Positions 39,175-49,760 of a DNA stretch of 64,000 nt are shown piece after piece (within the stretch, counting starts at the first letter, position 1; each line of letters begins with the position of its first letter). Location: the NCBI GenBank assembly GCA_031414535.1, contig JANNVQ010000014.1, forward strand, positions 224,001 through 288,000, in the 5' to 3' direction. The position numbers were made by a program, and so were the translations under genes. The notes under the pieces were generated by a model. The model was not told the origin of the DNA. It made no database searches and was given only the letters and a program-made list of their open reading frames with translations. Origin of the DNA: Gemmatimonas sp. Lineage in GTDB: Bacteria > Gemmatimonadota > Gemmatimonadetes > Gemmatimonadales > Gemmatimonadaceae.

Positions 39175-39228
39175 GGTCAACTAAGCATGCCACGTGTCGT
39201 CAAGTTCCGAAGCGCGCGCGTCGCCAGG

Positions 39229-39840
39229 CTACTGGCCCCGCTGCGCCCACCAGTCCATGACAAATCGCTCCGCTACATACCCGCCAAACCCGATACTCAG
39301 TCGCGTGGCGACAAGTCCCCACACCTTGTTGCGATCCCGACCTTCAGGGCGCCAGAGCAGGGACGCGCCCGTGCCCGCCATGATACTCGTAATCATCGGC
39401 CAATTAGCCCGTCGCTGGCCTTCGCGGTTGAAGGCCGTGAACGTGGAGACGACTGAACAACTCAGCAGCCGACTCTTCGGGCAGAGCACAGCGTCGGGGC
39501 GGTAATCGATGAGCGATTCCACGCCACGAAACGTGAGTGTCTGTACCACATAGAATCCTGTCTGGTCAGCGACGCGTTTACCGAGTCCGCCAACGGTGCG
39601 CGGCCAGTCGTCGGGCGTCTTGATAATCTGTGCGCCGCTCGCGCCCGCGAGAATCATCGCTGCTGTGAGCGCGACCTTGGTGGCCGGTGCCGACTCAACT
39701 GCCGTCACCAACATTCTGTCGATGTCCTGCGCAGCGAGCGTAGCCGAGTCCGGATGCACAGGTGCCGTCGCCAGCAGGGCGACGGCACCGAGGGTCAGCT
39801 TGGGATTTCGAAGAGTCAACACGACGGAAATATCACACAC
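39229..39840 (-). CDS. Hypothetical protein
   Basis: 203-aa ORF overlapping the LLM gene stop; no motif recognised. Confidence 0.6.
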   Translation of the reverse strand: MCDISVVLTLRNPKLTLGAVALLATAPVHPDSATLAAQDIDRMLVTAVESAPATKVALTAAMILAGASGAQIIKTPDDWPRTVGGLGKRVADQTGFYVVQTLTFRGVESLIDYRPDAVLCPKSRLLSCSVVSTFTAFNREGQRRANWPMITSIMAGTGASLLWRPEGRDRNKVWGLVATRLSIGFGGYVAERFVMDWWAQRGQ

Positions 39841-40882
39841 CCGCAGGCACTGCGCTTCCCACGGCCTTTCGCACCGCTGGAGCTACCACCGTGCCATACA
39901 GTTCAATGGCGCGCAGCAACTCTCGGTGTGGCAGGGAGCCCACACTCATCTGCAAGGTGAAGCGCGTCATCCCAAAGAGCTCGTGCTCCCAGAGAATCTT
40001 GTCAATCACCGCCTGCGGATCGCCGATGAGCACAGCGCCCTTCGCTGAGCGCTCGGCGTCAAACTGATGCTTGGTTGGCGGAGGCCAGCCACGCTCACGA
40101 CCGATCTTTCCCATCTGTAGCATGTAGGGATGAAACGCAATTTCCGCCGCCTGCGCCGTCGTGTCGGCGATGAATCCGTGCGAGTTGATGCTCAATTGCA
40201 GCTTGGCCATATCGTGCCCCGCCTTCGCCCACGCTTCACGGTAGAGATCGGTGTAACCAACGAAGCGTTCCGGCGATCCGCCGATAATGGCGAGCGCCAT
40301 TGGTATGCCAAGTGTTGCCGCGCGCACAACAGACTGCGGCGTGCCACCCACCGCAATCCACACCGGGAGCTGGGCCTGCACGGGCCGCGGGAACACCGCT
40401 TGGTCGCGCAGCGGCGCGCGGAACTTGCCTTGCCATGTGACGCGCTCTTCGCGCGTCAACTTGAGTAGCAGCTCAAGCTTCTCGGTGAAGAGTGCGTCGT
40501 AGTCGTTCAGGTCATAGCCAAAAAGCGGAAAGCTCTCGATGAAGCTTCCCCGCCCAGCAATGATTTCGGCGCGACCATTGGAGATGAGGTCCAGCATCGC
40601 AAACTCTTGGAACACGCGCACAGGGTCGTCCGAGCTGAGCACGGTGACCGCGGACGAAATCTTGATGCGCTTGGTGCGAGCCGCCACGGCGGCGAGCAGC
40701 ACCGCTGGAGTCGAGGCGAGGTAATCCGCCCGGTGATGCTCGCCGATACCGAAGTTGTCGAGCCCTACCTCGTCGGCGAGCGCGGCTTCTTCCAAGAGAT
40801 TCGCAATCCGCTGTTCGCGCGGCAGGAGCGTGCCGTGTCGGTCCGGCGTGTGCTCCACGAAGGTGTAGAGTCCCAGTTCCAT
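39833..40882 (-). CDS. LLM-class flavin-dependent oxidoreductase
   Basis: [31 protein letters not shown]. Confidence 0.94.
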   Translation of the reverse strand: MELGLYTFVEHTPDRHGTLLPREQRIANLLEEAALADEVGLDNFGIGEHHRADYLASTPAVLLAAVAARTKRIKISSAVTVLSSDDPVRVFQEFAMLDLISNGRAEIIAGRGSFIESFPLFGYDLNDYDALFTEKLELLLKLTREERVTWQGKFRAPLRDQAVFPRPVQAQLPVWIAVGGTPQSVVRAATLGIPMALAIIGGSPERFVGYTDLYREAWAKAGHDMAKLQLSINSHGFIADTTAQAAEIAFHPYMLQMGKIGRERGWPPPTKHQFDAERSAKGAVLIGDPQAVIDKILWEHELFGMTRFTLQMSVGSLPHRELLRAIELYGTVVAPAVRKAVGSAVPAGV

Positions 40883-40895
40883 GGTCTTCTCGAGG

Positions 40896-41267
40896 TTAGC
40901 GGCTGCTCTTGTAGATCATATCTACGAGCTCGTCGTACATCTCCTCAGCCTCAGCGTCAGAGCTCTTGATGGCGTGCGAGGCACAGTGCTTGAGATGGTT
41001 GCGCATCAACTCGCGGCTCACCGAGCGCAGCGCTTCCTGCACCGAAGAGATCTGCGTGAGGATATCTGCACAGTAGCGGTCCTCCTCGATCATCTTCTGC
41101 AGGCCGCGCACCTGGCCCTCCACACGGCGCAGGCGCTTGGTGTTGCTCTCCTTGATGCTCGGGTCTACGGCAACGGCCTTTCGGCCGCCATCTTCGTGCA
41201 CCGCACAGGAACAATTGGCCCCGTGCGCGGCGGCCTGCTGCGGAAGAGATTTCTTGGTCGTGGCCAT
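40896..41267 (-). CDS. csoR: CsoR-family copper-sensing repressor
   Basis: [22 protein letters not shown] and HLKHC Cu ligands; last gene of the cop operon. Confidence 0.9.
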   Translation of the reverse strand: MATTKKSLPQQAAAHGANCSCAVHEDGGRKAVAVDPSIKESNTKRLRRVEGQVRGLQKMIEEDRYCADILTQISSVQEALRSVSRELMRNHLKHCASHAIKSSDAEAEEMYDELVDMIYKSSR

Positions 41268-41281
41268 GTGCTTTACGGCTC

Positions 41282-43513
41282 CTAGGCGATGCGTGCCCGC
41301 CGGAGGCGGAGCGAGTTAGTCACCACGCTTACCGAGCTAAACGCCATCGCAGCGCTCGCCAGCACGGGTGTAAGAAGCAATCCGAAAGTTGGGAAAAGTA
41401 CTCCCGCCGCCACTGGAATGCCGATCACGTTGTAAATGAATGCCCAAAACAGATTCTGCTTTATGGTGATCATCGTGCGCCGCGAAAGCTCAATGGCCTG
41501 TGCCGCAGAGCCAAGATCGCCACGCATGAGCACCACATCTGCCGCTTCGGCCGCAATGTCCGTGCCGGTACCAATCGCCATTCCGACATCGGCCTGCGCC
41601 AGCGCGGGCGCGTCATTGATGCCATCACCAACCATTGCCACCACCTGGCCCGTCGCCTGCAAGCGCTTCACCTCGGCCACCTTCCCGTCCGGCAGCACGC
41701 CAGCCACAACAGTCTCGATGCCGGCTTCGCGCGCAATCGCCTTTGCCGTGCGTTCCGTGTCGCCAGTGAGCATGACCACGTTCAAACCCAGCGTCTTCAT
41801 GCGCTGAATCGCCACACGCGAGGTCTCCTTGATGGGATCAGCCACAGCCACGAGCCCAGCGAGCTTGCCGTCCATCGCCACGTACATCGGCGTACGGCCT
41901 GCATCGGAGAGTCGCGCTACATCATTGGCGAGCGCCGCGACATCAATGGCGTAGTCCGCCATCAGCGCCGCATTTCCTACGGACATCGCCGTGCCGTCCA
42001 CAATTCCAACGATCCCCTTCCCCGTCACGGACTCAAAGCCTTCCACCTGACCCTGCTTGAGGCCGCGCGATTTAGCTGACTGCACGATGGCCTCGGCGAG
42101 CGGATGCTCGGAGAGCGACTCGAGTGCGGCAGTCTTTGCGAGCACTGTCGCTTCGTCGTGGCCCGCGGTGAGCACGATGTCCGTCACCGTCGGACGGCCT
42201 TCCGTGACCGTGCCCGTTTTGTCGAGGATGATGGTCTGCACGTCACCCGCACGCTGCAGCGCTTCGCCGCCCTTGATGAGCACGCCAAGCTCGGCGCCCT
42301 TGCCTGTTGCCACCATCACAGCGGTAGGCACCGCGAGTCCCATCGCGCAGGGGCAGGCGATAATCAGGACCGTGACGGCTGCCGCAAATCCCTTCACGAA
42401 GGCCGCGTCGCTCGCAAGAATTGCCCAGGCAGCGAACGTTACGATAGCGATTGAAATCACCACGGGCACGAACACGCTCGAGATGCGATCAGCCAGCGCC
42501 TGAATCGGCGCACGTGAGCCCTGCGCATCGCGCATCAGCTTCACGATCTGCGCGAGCATTGAGGTCTCGCCCAGCGTGGTTGCCGTCAATCGGAAGCTGC
42601 CCGTGCGGTTGATTGTGCCGCCGATGACGCGGTCCCCAACCTTCTTCGCCACAGGCAGTGACTCACCCGTGAGCATGGACTCGTCTACGGCGCTCTCACC
42701 CTTTTGCACCACACCGTCTACTGGAATGCGCTCGCCCGGTCGGACAACGACGATGTCGTTGGCCTCCACAAGCTCCACCGGAATGTCCTGTTCCACCAAG
42801 TTGCGCAGCACACGCGCCGTCTTTGGCTGCAGTTGCACCAGCGCCCGCAGTGCCGCCGCGGTGTTGCGCTTGGCGCGCGCCTCAAAGGCGTTGCCCGTCA
42901 GAATGAACGCGATAATGAGAATCACCGCTTCGTAGTACACGTCCGCATTCACACCACGAGCAAGGAAGAAGGCCGGCGCGACTGTCGCGATGACCGAGTA
43001 CACGAAGGCCGCGCCTGTTCCTAGGGCGACGAGCGTGTTCATGTCTGCGGAGTGATGCGTGAACGCCTTCCAGGCACGCACGTAGAAATGCCGGCCAGCG
43101 GTCGCCATCAGCACGGCGGTCGCCACCAACAGCACCCACGTGATCCACATCATGCTGTGCATAAACGGCATCACCGCCATCGCTACCGCACCCACCACGC
43201 CGCTCACAATCGCCTTCCACTTGAGTTCTTGGAATTCCTCGGCCGTCGCTTTGTCGCGCGCTTCCTGTTCCTCGAAGGCGCTGCGTTCTGGCTTCGGAAG
43301 CTCTGCGCCGTAGCCCGTGGCCTCGATGGCCGCGACGAGCGCCTCAGGCTTCGTCGTCGCGGGATCGTAGGTCACGGTCGCCGTGCCCATCATCAGGTTC
43401 ACGGACGCATCGCTCACGCCGTCTTGCTTCTGCAGCGTTTTCTGCACGCGCGACTGGCAGGCCGCGCAGGTCATCCCCGTCACGGGGATTCGAGCCACCG
43501 TGTGATTAGTCAT
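41282..43513 (-). CDS. copA: Copper-translocating P1B-type ATPase
   Basis: [39 protein letters not shown]. Confidence 0.95.
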   Translation of the reverse strand: MTNHTVARIPVTGMTCAACQSRVQKTLQKQDGVSDASVNLMMGTATVTYDPATTKPEALVAAIEATGYGAELPKPERSAFEEQEARDKATAEEFQELKWKAIVSGVVGAVAMAVMPFMHSMMWITWVLLVATAVLMATAGRHFYVRAWKAFTHHSADMNTLVALGTGAAFVYSVIATVAPAFFLARGVNADVYYEAVILIIAFILTGNAFEARAKRNTAAALRALVQLQPKTARVLRNLVEQDIPVELVEANDIVVVRPGERIPVDGVVQKGESAVDESMLTGESLPVAKKVGDRVIGGTINRTGSFRLTATTLGETSMLAQIVKLMRDAQGSRAPIQALADRISSVFVPVVISIAIVTFAAWAILASDAAFVKGFAAAVTVLIIACPCAMGLAVPTAVMVATGKGAELGVLIKGGEALQRAGDVQTIILDKTGTVTEGRPTVTDIVLTAGHDEATVLAKTAALESLSEHPLAEAIVQSAKSRGLKQGQVEGFESVTGKGIVGIVDGTAMSVGNAALMADYAIDVAALANDVARLSDAGRTPMYVAMDGKLAGLVAVADPIKETSRVAIQRMKTLGLNVVMLTGDTERTAKAIAREAGIETVVAGVLPDGKVAEVKRLQATGQVVAMVGDGINDAPALAQADVGMAIGTGTDIAAEAADVVLMRGDLGSAAQAIELSRRTMITIKQNLFWAFIYNVIGIPVAAGVLFPTFGLLLTPVLASAAMAFSSVSVVTNSLRLRRARIA

Positions 43514-43889
43514 TGACGATGATGCTCCCGCGCAGCATCGACATGCCGCAAGTGAAGGGGAAGCGCCCGGCTTCCTGCGGCACGATGTCCACCACCGTCC
43601 GCGCACCGCTAGGCAAGAAAGTGCGGACATTGAAGTCCGGAATCACGACTTCTTCCGAGCAGGACGAGCTGTCCTTGCGGTCGAACACGAGGCGCAACTT
43701 CTCCCCGCGCTTCGCCTGCACCACGGCTGGGCTGTAACCACCATCCACCGTGATCACGACCTCGGCGGGCGCGCCGCTGGCCGAGGCCGCTGCCGTGGCG
43801 GGGGCCTGCCCCGCCACGAAGAACCACCAGTTCACGGCTGCGATTGCCGTGAAGGCCGCCATCAGAACCATCAAATCGCTACCGGACAT
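43506..43889 (-). CDS. Cupredoxin-domain protein
   Basis: GGYSP...C...[11 protein letters not shown]-terminal TM segment. Confidence 0.9.
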   Translation of the reverse strand: MSGSDLMVLMAAFTAIAAVNWWFFVAGQAPATAAASASGAPAEVVITVDGGYSPAVVQAKRGEKLRLVFDRKDSSSCSEEVVIPDFNVRTFLPSGARTVVDIVPQEAGRFPFTCGMSMLRGSIIVND

Positions 43890-43898
43890 GGCGGCCCC

Positions 43899-44108
43899 CT
43901 ACTTGGTCGCTAGGACGTCGTACCCGGCGTCCCGCACTGCTTCGGCCACCGCGTCGCCAGAGATCTTCGTCTCGTCGAAGCTCACCGTCGCTTTGCCGAT
44001 GCGTAGGTCGTCGAGCTTAACGCCATCAAGGCTCGTCAGCGCCTTCTTGACCATCTGCAGGCAGTGCCCGCAGGTCATCCCACCAATCTCCATCGTCTGC
44101 GTCGTCAT
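43899..44108 (-). CDS. copZ: Heavy-metal-associated copper chaperone
   Basis: GMTCGHC...AGY; RBS AAGGAG. Confidence 0.9.
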   Translation of the reverse strand: MTTQTMEIGGMTCGHCLQMVKKALTSLDGVKLDDLRIGKATVSFDETKISGDAVAEAVRDAGYDVLATK

Positions 44109-44153
44109 ACTCCCACTCCTTCGTTTGCGGCGCCTTCGCGCCGGGAGGGCTAC

Positions 44154-44201
44154 ATACCCTCCGTGGGTATAAGGTTAGTATACCCCCCACCCCTATGTCA
44201 A
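44154..44201 (-). promoter_or_regulatory. cop operon promoter (TTGACA-N18-TAACCT) with tandem CsoR-type operators
   Basis: ATACCC-tccgt-GGGTAT at 44154-44170 and ATACCCCCCACCCCTAT at 44180-44196; TGTCAA at 44196-44201. Confidence 0.8.
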
Positions 44202-45448
44202 GGCTCGGGTGTCCCGACCCAGCTCAACTGGCTCCGGCCCGCCCCACCGCTCGTCCGGCGCACCAAATGCGAGCCATCCGCACGCACCGTGTACACCTGC
44301 CAGTCGTGGCCATTGGCCGCGTCGTGCGACGACGAGAACGCCACGAAGCGGCCGTCCGGCGACCAGGCCGGCGAGCTCTGCCCACCACCAAGCGTGTACG
44401 GCAAGAAGCGCCGCACAACTCCAGTGCTCGCGTCGAGCGCCATGACCTCGGGCTGACCCTCCAACGGCGTGCGCGTGAACAGCAGTGCACGGCCATTCGG
44501 TGACCATGCCGGTGTGCCATCCCGATGCGCGCCGGGCTCCGTCTCATTGCGACGGTCGGTGCCGTTGGGGCGAACCGATGCCAACCAACTACGCTGCACG
44601 TTCCCCTCAATCCTCTCCTCTACGAAGGTGACACGGTGCACGCCGTCGACACCCGCAGTCTTCCACGTCGGCTGGTGCTGCGACGCCGCATCAGCGGTGA
44701 GGTTCACCTGCCGATCGCCGCTCACGCTCATCATCCAGATATCGGTGGGCAGCGTCCAACCTGGCCACCCGAACTCCGCCGACCAGCGGCGAAATACGAG
44801 ATGCGTGCCATCCGGACTCCACGCTGGCTCGTCCTCGTAGAATGCGTCGCCAGCCGTCAACATCCGGAGGCCAGTGCCGTCTTCATTCGCAATACAAATG
44901 GCCCAACCACGCGTCGTGTTGGGCTCGGGGCAACTGAACACCACCATTTGACTATTCGGTGAGACGCGCGGATGCCTCCCCTGCCCGGTCGCCAGCCACG
45001 GGCGAACCGAACCAGCATCACCCTCGAGGTCCGAACGGAACACACGAGGTCCGCCCAGCGAAACATCAGTAGATACAAGCAAAAGCGAACCACTCACTTC
45101 ACGCGTCACCGTCACCTGCACCGAGGCTGAGAGCGTGCCGCTCATCACCCGCACGTTCGTGATACCGGCGCGCAAGGCGCGCACCCAGCCGCTTTGCGTG
45201 GATGCCACAGCTCCATTCGCCACGGCCCATACGAAACTGCGACCCGGTACCGGCGCACCATCGGCGTCCTGGACCTCAGCCGTCACCAACAGCGAGTCGC
45301 CTTCAAGCATCGCGATGGTGCTTGCATTGACCACGAGACGCTCCACGCTGGGCTGCGGCTCCAACGGACCTGCTGAAGATTCGCTACAGCCCGCGAGCGC
45401 GATGATGGCGAAAAACGCCAACCGCATGCCAAAGCTCTGAGTTGACAT
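44198..45448 (-). CDS. Lipoprotein with an Ig-like (Big_2) domain and PD40/TolB-like propeller
   Basis: Lipobox LAGC; Ig-like segment; repeated PAWSPDG motifs. Confidence 0.85.
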   Translation of the reverse strand: MSTQSFGMRLAFFAIIALAGCSESSAGPLEPQPSVERLVVNASTIAMLEGDSLLVTAEVQDADGAPVPGRSFVWAVANGAVASTQSGWVRALRAGITNVRVMSGTLSASVQVTVTREVSGSLLLVSTDVSLGGPRVFRSDLEGDAGSVRPWLATGQGRHPRVSPNSQMVVFSCPEPNTTRGWAICIANEDGTGLRMLTAGDAFYEDEPAWSPDGTHLVFRRWSAEFGWPGWTLPTDIWMMSVSGDRQVNLTADAASQHQPTWKTAGVDGVHRVTFVEERIEGNVQRSWLASVRPNGTDRRNETEPGAHRDGTPAWSPNGRALLFTRTPLEGQPEVMALDASTGVVRRFLPYTLGGGQSSPAWSPDGRFVAFSSSHDAANGHDWQVYTVRADGSHLVRRTSGGAGRSQLSWVGTPEP

Positions 45449-46365
45449 CACCGTGTGAGCTCCTTCACCAGCGTGCGCAGCGCTTCCTGCCAAGCCAACG
45501 GCTGCCCAGGCAGGTCCTCGCGGCGACGCGTGCGCAGCGCCTCTACGTCCGAGTCCTCCAACAGCGCCGTCGCGCCCACGCCGCTCACGATGATATTCGT
45601 GCGCTTGGCATAAATGCCTTCCGCGCCAATCCGGCGCGCGCGGCCGTCGCGCCCCATCAATGCACCTGTTAGCTGAATCACCTGCACTGGCTGCTCCAGC
45701 GACGTCACCCACGGCAACGCCTGCACGTGGTTGCTGCCCAAATCCACGGACTTGTTGCCCCGCAGTCCGGTCTGGCGGATGAGATACTCGCCGGTCTCGA
45801 TGGTGATCACTAGCCCCAGTTCGACTCCGCTGTTCTCCGTCTCTTCGGCGAACCAACTGGTCCACTCTGCCGACGGACGGCCGACTTCAAGCTTCATCTG
45901 ATTCAAATTCGGATTGCGGCCGAGCACGCTATCGCCGCGCTCCTCGCAGTCCTCGCCGGGGAGATTCCCGACGCGCAGACAGCCGAAGCGCACATCGGGA
46001 GCGATGCCGCGCATTGCGGGACGCGCGCCGGCCGGGCCACCCTCGAGCAGGCGCACCGGCGCCGTGCCATTAGCTGTCGTGATCGAATCGAGATACACAT
46101 TCATCTCGGCGAGCAGTACCGCCATCGGCGAGTTTGCGTCGCCGCTGGGATCGAACATCGCCTCGGTGCCGGCGCGCTTTTGGTACATGATGGGCGCAAT
46201 GCCCACCCGCTGGCCGGCGGGGAGATTCGGGGTTCGGCGCGCCGCGGCGTACCACGGCGAGCGCGAGAGCATGGCATCACCGACGCCGGCACCGTAGGTG
46301 GCGCCGGTCGTGGCGCAGGCGGTCGTGAGCAAGAAGAGCGAGAAAACAGCAAAGTGGCGTAGCAT
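45448..46365 (-). CDS. Hypothetical lipoprotein
   Basis: Signal peptide ending LTTAC; RBS GGAG; stop overlaps the next start codon. Confidence 0.75.
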   Translation of the reverse strand: MLRHFAVFSLFLLTTACATTGATYGAGVGDAMLSRSPWYAAARRTPNLPAGQRVGIAPIMYQKRAGTEAMFDPSGDANSPMAVLLAEMNVYLDSITTANGTAPVRLLEGGPAGARPAMRGIAPDVRFGCLRVGNLPGEDCEERGDSVLGRNPNLNQMKLEVGRPSAEWTSWFAEETENSGVELGLVITIETGEYLIRQTGLRGNKSVDLGSNHVQALPWVTSLEQPVQVIQLTGALMGRDGRARRIGAEGIYAKRTNIIVSGVGATALLEDSDVEALRTRRREDLPGQPLAWQEALRTLVKELTR

Positions 46366-46425
46366 CTGAACTCCGTCTGGTTGATGTGACGGGAGAACGA
46401 TGCCAGAGCCCGCTTAGGAGCTCGC

Positions 46426-49332
46426 TTAAACGGCCTGCCCGGCGCGAATAGCCCCTGCCAAGTTGCGCATGTTCATCGAGGGCATCGCCCCGACTTGGTC
46501 GCGCAACGACTCAGTCAGCTTCTCGTAGACGCGCAACGCCTCGGTACGGCGGTCGTCTCGCGCGAGCGTGAGCATCAGCAGCCGCGCGGCCTCCTCGTGC
46601 GCGGGATCCATCGCGACTAAGCGCCTCAGCAAATCCGCCGCCTCGGCGTTCCGTCCCTCCACACTCAGCGCCTCGGCGAGCGCTACCAGCGCGTCTTCGT
46701 GCAAGCGCGCGAGCTGGTCGCGCATCTCCAGGTGCCAGTCGCCCGCGTCTTCTTCCTCGAGGAAGGGGCCATCGTAACGCGCGAGCGCTGCGCGCAGCAA
46801 TTCCACCGCGCGCGCGTCATCGGGATCCTTGCGCAGCAGCTTGAGGCCACGCTCGGCGTCGGCCGTGAAGCTCGCCACATCGAATGCCACAAGATCCGCC
46901 GCCGCGAGATAGCGCCCCTTCTCGTAGCGCACCCAGTTGCCATCGCCCAGCGTCTTCCGTAGGTGATGCAGCGTGACGTGGAAGTTGTTCTTCACCTGCG
47001 CGGCAGAGACTTCAGGCCAGAACGCCAAACCAATTTGGTCGCGCGTTCTGCCTTCTGGATGCGAGAGCAAGTACAGCAGTAACTCTCGCGGCTTCGCGTA
47101 CGGCCACTCCTCGGCACCGAGCTCCACGCCCGCGCGCAGGATACGCAGGCGCCCGAGCGCCCGCACGTCGAGCGGCGCCGCCGACTCCGCCCCGGCTTGC
47201 ACATCCGAGACCGGCGCTGACACCACATCGTGCATCTCCGGCACTGCAGCCGTCTCCAGCGCGTAACGCATTGCCTGCATGCAGGTCATCGGCCGGCCAA
47301 GTTCCACTGCCGCGGCGTATGCCGCCGGCGACATCCGCGCGCGGAGTCGTGCGGGAATCTCATTCACTACCGCACGCTCGCCGGAAAGTGACGAGGCACC
47401 CACGGCCTCGTACCACGCTTCGGTGATGCTAAAAAGCGTCGCCGCGCGCGCGAGATCTCCTTGCTCCTCCGCCACCGCCGCGAGGATGCGAAGGTTGCGA
47501 CCCGCCAACCAACGATTCTCGCGGTCCCACTCGTGCTGTAACGACTGCACAGCCAGCCACGCCGCGCGCGCGTTATTGCCTAGCCGTAACGAGACAAACG
47601 CCTGCGCATCCAACGCGTACGAAATTCCCGTGTGATACTCGCGCGCGCGGAACGCAGCGATGGCCTCGTCGAGCAGCTGCATCGAGCGTGACCACTCCCC
47701 GCGCCAGTTGAGCACCGGCACCATCCCGTGCGCCTTGGCGAGCGCCGCGTCCCAGGGATCTGGCTGCCGCTCGGCGAGCTGCAGCATGCGCTCCGCGAAG
47801 CCTTGCGCCGCGTCCACATCGGCGCGAATGCTGGCCGCCACTACACGCACCAAGAGCGTGAACGCCAGCCAACGCTCTTCGCCGGCCGCAATCCAGGCCT
47901 GCTCCGCCTCGGCCAACCGTTCTTCAGATCCGGGCTGCATCACGTGCAGTCCAAACACGCCGAGTCCATGCAACCCAGCAGCTCGGTGCGCGTCGCTGGG
48001 ACTCACGGACGAGTCCAGCGCGAGTTGGCTCTGCGTCAATCCCTCGCGCCACAGCTGGCGATGGTACCAGTACCACTGCAGGCTCCACACCATCGGCAGG
48101 CCAATGTCATCGCCACGACGCTCGGACGCGCTCCACGCCAGCGCCGCGAGAATGTTGCCATGCTCGAGGTCCAACTCCTGTAAGCGATTGGCCCGAGCGA
48201 GAATCACTTCATCACGACGCTGTCGGAGAAAGCGCTCGAAGTAGCGCGCGTGCCGCTCGCTCAACTCCGGCTCGGCATCACGTGCGGCACGGCGCTCGCC
48301 CGCGTACTCGCGGATGGTCTCCAACAGGCGATACCGCGGCAGGCCGCCATCGTCCTGCATTGCGACCAACGACTTCGCCGCGATGGACGCGAGCACATCG
48401 AGCACGCGCGACGGCGAGATCGGCGCAAATCCGCAGACGTCTTCAGCGGCCTCAAGCGTGAAGCCACCCACAAACGTCGATAGCCGCTCGAGCAGCCGCC
48501 GCTCATCCGCCTCCAGCAGCTCATAGCTCCAGTCCACAGCGGCGCGCAGCGTGCGCTGACGCGGCGGCGCATTGCGCGAACCTGCAGTGAGCAACGCAAA
48601 GCGATCTGTCAGACGCTCGGCAACTTGAGCCGGTGTGAGTACCGCCGTGCGAGCGGCCGCAAGTTCAATCGCCAACGGCAGCCCGTCGAGCCGACGTACG
48701 ATGCGCACAATGGCATCCACGTTGGCCGCGCTGAGCACGAAGTCCGGCTTCACGTCCGCCGCGCGCTCCACGAAGAGCCGGCCAGCACCGCTCGCCATCA
48801 CGTCGGCCACGGTGGCCGCAGCCTCTGACGGCAATGTGAGCGTCGGCACCAACCACGAGCGCTCACCAGTCACACCCAAAGCCTCGCGACTGGTGGTGAG
48901 CACGCGGAGCGAGGGCACCACGCTCAACAGTCGCTCCACAAGTGTCGCGCAGGACTCGACCAAGTGCTCGCAATTGTCGAGCACGAGCAGCACGCGTCGC
49001 TCCGTCAGCACGGCCTGCATCGCCTGAATCGCAGAACCACCACCCTCGGCGCGGACCCCGAGGGCCACGGCCACGTGCACAACCACGCTCGCAGGGTCAT
49101 CCACGCCCTGCAACTCAATCCATGCAACGTCGAGCGCAGGGTCACGCTCCGCTTCTGCACGCGCCGCTGCGATGGCGAGACGCGTCTTGCCACTGCCGCC
49201 AGCGCCCGTGAGCGTGAGCAGGCGCGACTCGGCCAGCAACGCGGAGACCGCGGCGAGATCCCGCTCACGTCCGATAAACTCGGTGAGCGGAGCAGGGATG
49301 GCGGCGCTGGGAGAGGCAGCTTGGTTGAGCAT
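46426..49332 (-). CDS. STAND (NB-ARC-like) ATPase-TPR transcriptional regulator with C-terminal wHTH+BTAD (SARP) module
   Basis: GAGGSGKTRLA, LVLDNCEH, TSRE, GLPLAIELAAAR; C-terminal LGRLRI...LLLYLL...LRKTLG...LARYDGPFL...HEEAARLLM. Confidence 0.88.
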   Translation of the reverse strand: MLNQAASPSAAIPAPLTEFIGRERDLAAVSALLAESRLLTLTGAGGSGKTRLAIAAARAEAERDPALDVAWIELQGVDDPASVVVHVAVALGVRAEGGGSAIQAMQAVLTERRVLLVLDNCEHLVESCATLVERLLSVVPSLRVLTTSREALGVTGERSWLVPTLTLPSEAAATVADVMASGAGRLFVERAADVKPDFVLSAANVDAIVRIVRRLDGLPLAIELAAARTAVLTPAQVAERLTDRFALLTAGSRNAPPRQRTLRAAVDWSYELLEADERRLLERLSTFVGGFTLEAAEDVCGFAPISPSRVLDVLASIAAKSLVAMQDDGGLPRYRLLETIREYAGERRAARDAEPELSERHARYFERFLRQRRDEVILARANRLQELDLEHGNILAALAWSASERRGDDIGLPMVWSLQWYWYHRQLWREGLTQSQLALDSSVSPSDAHRAAGLHGLGVFGLHVMQPGSEERLAEAEQAWIAAGEERWLAFTLLVRVVAASIRADVDAAQGFAERMLQLAERQPDPWDAALAKAHGMVPVLNWRGEWSRSMQLLDEAIAAFRAREYHTGISYALDAQAFVSLRLGNNARAAWLAVQSLQHEWDRENRWLAGRNLRILAAVAEEQGDLARAATLFSITEAWYEAVGASSLSGERAVVNEIPARLRARMSPAAYAAAVELGRPMTCMQAMRYALETAAVPEMHDVVSAPVSDVQAGAESAAPLDVRALGRLRILRAGVELGAEEWPYAKPRELLLYLLSHPEGRTRDQIGLAFWPEVSAAQVKNNFHVTLHHLRKTLGDGNWVRYEKGRYLAAADLVAFDVASFTADAERGLKLLRKDPDDARAVELLRAALARYDGPFLEEEDAGDWHLEMRDQLARLHEDALVALAEALSVEGRNAEAADLLRRLVAMDPAHEEAARLLMLTLARDDRRTEALRVYEKLTESLRDQVGAMPSMNMRNLAGAIRAGQAV

Positions 49333-49367
49333 ACTGCGCGACAGAATCTCCCGCGGAGCGCGCGATG

Positions 49368-49760
49368 TCAACCGGTGGTGATACGCCCCGCCAACTCCAT
49401 CCAATCCACAGGCGGCTCGCTCACCCACACCAGGCGACGGACGTGGTCGGGATGCGCCGCGGCAAAGCGCCGAAGCTCCGTCTCCAACGCCATCGTCGCC
49501 ACGATGGTCACGTTGTACAGGCCCAGGCCATCCAAGAAGCCGCACAGCCAGCGCCCGAACGCTTCGGCATCCCCAAGCACCGGCAACGCAAGAATGGAGA
49601 TGCTGTCGGGAATCACCACCCGAAGCTGGTTCGCCAATGGCGCAAGCTGCGCAGCGTCACGAGGTGGCAGGAGCACCAGCACGGCGTCGCCTCGACCGCC
49701 GCGCTGGTAACTCGTTTCTACCTCGCCGACCATGACGGAGGCGCGATGGAGATCACTCAC
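49368..49760 (-). CDS. Short alpha/beta-hydrolase-like protein, apparently non-catalytic
   Basis: GRGDAVLVL, RVVIPD, FLDGLGL...HPDHVRRLV; no GxSxG motif. Confidence 0.6.
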   Translation of the reverse strand: MSDLHRASVMVGEVETSYQRGGRGDAVLVLLPPRDAAQLAPLANQLRVVIPDSISILALPVLGDAEAFGRWLCGFLDGLGLYNVTIVATMALETELRRFAAAHPDHVRRLVWVSEPPVDWMELAGRITTG

